From Nemertoderma westbladi (lineage: Eukaryota; Animalia; Xenacoelomorpha), in contig JAUCBJ010000669.1 of NCBI GenBank assembly GCA_032718475.1, positions 1-37,234 of the forward strand: a stretch of DNA of 37,234 nt, given 5' to 3'. Below the pieces are notes generated by a model, which was not told the origin of the DNA, ran no database searches, and saw only the letters and a list, made by a program, of their open reading frames with translations. This document shows, piece by piece, positions 33,101 through 37,234 of this stretch. Both the position numbers and the translations under genes were made by a program. Each line of letters starts with the position of its first letter. The first letter of the stretch is position 1.

Positions 33101-33181
33101 GGTTGATATTTTTCGCTATGGAGAGCATTATCATACTGTCCTATCTACGATATATAATTATCTAAACAATTGGACGAGTTT

Positions 33182-33911
33182 TCCCAGATAGTATTTTGGA
33201 TATCAGTCACTGATATCCAAAATGCTCAAAATGATATCCAAATATGTCACTGACAGTGACATATTGCCAGGACATCCTCTCTGGGATGTTCCATGATGTC
33301 AAAATGTGAGTCCCGAGGATGGATCTAGGACACTTCCCCCCCGGACAGTTCCCCCTGGATACTTCCCCCCCGCCCAAGTAGGACACTTCCCCCCGGACAT
33401 TTCCCCCCCGGACACTTGCCCCCCGGACCAGTTAAAGTGTTAAAATTAATCTGGGTGCATCAAAGCAATAAACAAAAGTTAAAGATACTTACAGGACAAG
33501 TTGTATCTAGACAAGTTTTTATAAAATTATAAAAGAAACATTTTTATTGTCAAATTTTGTTTGTTTTTCTTCCCCCCCCGGACACTTGCCCCCCGGACCA
33601 GTTAAAGTGTTAAAATTAATCTGGGTGCATCAAAGCAATAAACAAAAGTTAAAGATACTTACAGGACAAGTTGTATCTAGACAAGTTTTTATAAAATTAT
33701 AAAAGAAACATTTTTATAGTCAAATTTTGTTTGTTTTTCTTTTAATTGGGGGCTGCCGCCCCCAAACCCCCGCTTCTTTTGTTGGGGGCTGCCGCCCCAA
33801 AATTCCCACATTTATATTTGAGGATATAACTGAGACATCCCCAGGAAGTCCCCGACATTGTTATGTGAGGTTATACAACAATATAACCTTTTCATCAGGT
33901 TCCACTGGAGA
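33182..33911. mobile_element. CCCAGATAGCA putative MITE, copy 3 (interrupted)
   Basis: Homologous to 764-1023; split by 33321-33803. Confidence 0.5.
33321..33803 (+). mobile_element. Truncated left part of the MULE-like MITE
   Basis: Starts GGATCTAGGACACTTCCCCCC as at 34936. Contains a 170-bp internal tandem duplication (~33401-33740). Confidence 0.75.
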
Positions 33912-34212
33912 GTAATGCGTAATTCGGCGGAACTTAGCCTTCTACAAAAACTGGGGTGTAGGCCGATATAGTAAACCAAGTTTCTATCACAATGTATTTA
34001 CAAAAAGATTGCGGCCTTTGGGTCCCGAACCATAATAAAGAGGTAATAACAAAACTCCTTCGATCTGTTCTTCGAGTTGGCTGCCTCAGTTCACTAAATT
34101 TAGAGATAGAAAGTAATAAAATAAAGAGAGAAAACATCATGTTCTTAACTTTTTTCTACAATTTCTAAGTGTGAAAAAGTGTATGTGTTTCATGAAATTA
34201 CTAGATAACATA

Positions 34213-36439
34213 CTAGAGACGGGCCTAGCGGCCCGTAAAGCAAGTCGTATGAAACAGTACGAGTCAAGTAAAAGCTTTTTGTTCTGTCTGATAATAAATT
34301 AGTGTGAGGGTAGTCCCGGTGGTGTACGAGAAATTTTCTAGACAACTTCAAACTATAATTATTATGTTGTAATCATCTAATGAATTATAAAAGCTGTTGT
34401 GATTATAGAAGATAGAGAGTGGTTAGCGATAAGTGATAGAGCTATCGGATAGAGTAGTCAGAAAGGAGTCGATTGATTAATAATAATAGCAGCAGTTGTC
34501 ATGAATTCAATCTTATTTTTGTAATAAATAAAACAAGTTGAGACGTTTCAATGTAAACCGCGATTAACAATTTACAGAGTTCAATGTAAACCACGATATT
34601 AATTAAATACAACAATTATATTATTATTATAACAGATTTTTATATTTCAAACTACAATTAGCCGTATCGAGAATCATTATGAGGCTGAGTAAACATTCAG
34701 CCTTATAAGCATACAGCCTCCACAGTATTAATGTTGGCACAAAGATTTCAAAATGAAACAATAATTAGATGAGTGCACAGTACAATCAATAGTAGCCAAC
34801 ACAGACTGTCTAACTAACAGTCATTTAGCTTGCACACCAATTAATTAACATAGCTGAGAGAGCAACCTTGTAGTTTTTCCCATAGGATGCATTGGGAAGA
34901 GTTATTCAGCTGAGATTGTAATAGCCAGCTAAACAGGATCTAGGACACTTCCCCCCCCGGACACTTCCCCACAGGACACTTCCCCCCCGCCCAAGTAGGA
35001 CACTTCCTCCCGGACACTTCCCCCCGGACACTATCTTGTTGTATCTAGACAAGTTTTTTCAAAATTATAAAAGAAACATTTTTATAGTCAAATTTTGTTT
35101 GTTTTTCTTTTAATTCCTTTATTTCTTTTAATTGGGGGCTGCCGCCCCCAAACCCCCCCCTGCTTCTTTTGTTGGGGGCTCCCGCCCCCAAACCCCCGCT
35201 TCTTTTATTGGGAGTTATCGCCCCCAGACCCCGGCATTTCCCTGAGTGCCCGTGGTGAAAGACTTAAGACCACTTTGAAATAATTAATTCATGTTTGTAT
35301 CATCAGATAATAAATTGACTAAGCCTAAAGTAGGAGCTGTATTGAATGTTAACCAATTTAATATATAAATTACTACAATATTATATAATTCAACAAAATC
35401 CTATTAAAAATATTGCAAGTAACCAGGAAATTTAATATGTAGTGTGTATAATATCTATATAGTATGTATAGTAGTAATATATATATCAATATGTAATGCT
35501 GAACACAGAATACAGGTCGACGCATGTCGATTTTACCCTGGAGAGGTATAATTTTGATTGCAACAATAATATTCATCCCCATCTGCTACAATTTGAAGAA
35601 GACTATTACATAATAATACCTATAATTAAAACAATTAATTATTATAATTCTATAGTTAATAAAAACAGTATATCATTCCGGGGATGGAATTTATAGGTCA
35701 TCTAATATAATTAATTGTTTAAAGATTAGCAAACAATACGATGTAATTGCATTGATAAAACCCATAAATAAAACTTGGATATAAAATGTAAAATCGGGAT
35801 GCAAAAGATCACTTTCTGAGCTACGAAAGGAAAATTGGATACAACTTATCTGGATACAAGCGGTCCGTTTACCTTACAAAATGAAAAATACGAATGTGCG
35901 AAGTTAAGAACAGTCGGGGGGGAAGTGTCCGCGGGGGGGAAGTGTCTGGGGGGGAAGTGTCCGGGGGGGAAGTGTCCTACTTGAGGGGAGGGGAACTGTC
36001 CGGGGGGGAAGTGTCCGGGGGGGGGGGGGGGAAGTGTCCGAACACCAGCTAAACCAGTTAATGTTTGCTTACTGTTTGGGTTGTAGTAGGGTTGTAATAC
36101 TTGGCACAGAAAGTACTTCTTAGTTAGTTGGCCCTTCCTATTGAATGCATTACCAGGCCATCTCTATACATTTTTCATGATTGCCAGCTGGTGTTTTTAT
36201 CATTGCGCCTATGGCAATTTTCGGATTTTGGGGCAATTTTTCGAAATAAAACAAGTTGAGATGTTTCAATTTAAACCGCGATTTCACAAGTACCCATTGA
36301 AATCTATTGTCATGGTCCATGCAAAATTTCATCAAAATCGTTAGAGCCGTTTTTGCTCTAGGTCAGTAGCCAGTAGTAGCCAGTAGCAGTCAGTAGCTTT
36401 TTTTCTTACAGTAATCAAGTCTGACGACTTGCTAACTAA
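34213..36439 (-). mobile_element. Non-autonomous Helitron/Helentron-type element
   Basis: Minus-strand 3' end has hairpin ACGGGCC/GGCCCGT followed by CTAG. Subterminal inverted repeat AGCAAGTCGT (34239-34248) / ACGACTTGCT (36424-36433), an AAATTTCATCAAAATCG motif and a CAGTAG microsatellite. Inserted at A|T with no TSD relative to the empty site near 1247. Confidence 0.8.
34936..36046. mobile_element. MULE-like MITE with (GGACACTTCCCCCC)n inverted subterminal arrays
   Basis: GG...CC termini, arrays at 34943-35031 and ~35915-36040 in opposite orientation, and an 8-9-bp TSD AGCTAAAC(A/C) at 34927 and 36047. Confidence 0.8.
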
Positions 36440-36580
36440 TTATGAATCTCCTTGTAGAAGCATATCACAGCACTAAATACTAGATAAAAACACACTAAAA
36501 AAATACAATTAAAAAATACACAAAATTTTACAGAATACAAAGTTATACAAATACAATAAAAAATACACTAGATAACAACA

Positions 36581-36794
36581 ACAATTTACAGTGTTCAATG
36601 TCAACCACGATATTAATTAAATACAACAAATATATTATTATTATATAACAGATTTTTATGTTTCAAACTATAATGTTAGCCTTATGGAGAATCATTATGA
36701 GGCTGAGTAAACTTTCAGCCTTATAAGCATACAGCCTCCACAGTATTAATGTTGACACAACGATTTCAAAATAAAACAATAATTCGATGAGAGC
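36581..36794 (+). repeat. Dispersed direct repeat of ~34568-34777
   Basis: ACAATTTACAG.GTTCAATGT.AACCACGATATTAATTAAATACAAC...GATGAG.GCA is shared. Confidence 0.85.
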
Positions 36795-36817
36795 ATATAT
36801 GGTGGCTGAATTCGGCC

Positions 36818-37234
36818 AAAATTAATTATATTATGGAAACACGTTTTTGGTCTGTTGGTGATGTTGTAAAATTAATTATATTATGAAAAAACGTTTTTGG
36901 ATGAACTTGCAAAATTAATTATATTATGAAAACACGTTTTTGGTTGAACTGGCAAAATTAATTATATTATGAAAACACGTTTTTGGATGAACTTGCAAAA
37001 TTCATTATATTATGAAAACACGTTTTTGGATGAACTTACAAAATTAATTATATTATGAAATCACGTTTTTTGGTTGAACTGGCAAAATTAATTATATGAT
37101 GAAAACACGTTTTTGGATGAACTTGCAAAATTAATTATATTATGAAAACACGTTTTTGGATGAACTTACAAAATTAATTATATTATGAAAACACGTTTTT
37201 GGTTGAACTTACAAAATTAATTATATTATGAAAA
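36818..37234. repeat. 43-bp tandem repeat (about 9-10 units, runs off the window)
   Basis: Consensus AAAATTAATTATATTATGAAAACACGTTTTTGGATGAACTTGC, contiguous with no spacers. Confidence 0.93.

Larger units (their letters stand above)
32565..33155 (+). mobile_element. Partial-tandem (1.6 x 361 bp) non-autonomous retroelement, retrozyme/SINE-like
   Basis: Absent from the paralog at ~738-750. Flanked by the 12-bp direct repeat AATTATCTAAAC (32553-32564 and 33156-33167). Internal period is 361 bp. Confidence 0.8.

Noticed and set aside
36818-37234. CRISPR array
   Set aside because: Units are contiguous with no unique spacers; eukaryotic context, no cas genes.

Overview
AT-rich, repeat-dense eukaryotic DNA, probably from an invertebrate animal (inferred); no prokaryotic features are seen. 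The backbone is a locally duplicated, partly decayed C2H2 zinc-finger gene family. Its fingers are recognisably derived from EGR/Krox-20 (near-identical copies at ~5.1-6.3 kb and ~26.6-27.8 kb, decayed pieces at ~0.1-0.4 kb and ~31.7-32.0 kb). The main insertion is a full-length, very young BEL/Pao LTR retrotransposon (9658-24741, AATCT TSD) with a TTAA fold-back MITE nested in its 5' LTR. Also present are two more fold-back MITEs, a decayed piggyBac fused in frame to an RTE-type LINE endonuclease start, a Helitron/Helentron-type element with a nested MULE-like MITE, and a 43-bp satellite. The most unusual item is a 591-bp, 1.6-unit tandem insertion (32565-33155) flanked by a 12-bp target-site duplication. 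Each 361-bp unit carries a minimal type-I hammerhead ribozyme motif written inside a tRNA-like Pol III cassette. Paralog comparison also shows TA-CAG-TA type insertions resembling DNA-transposon excision footprints. All calls were made by eye, without database searches.
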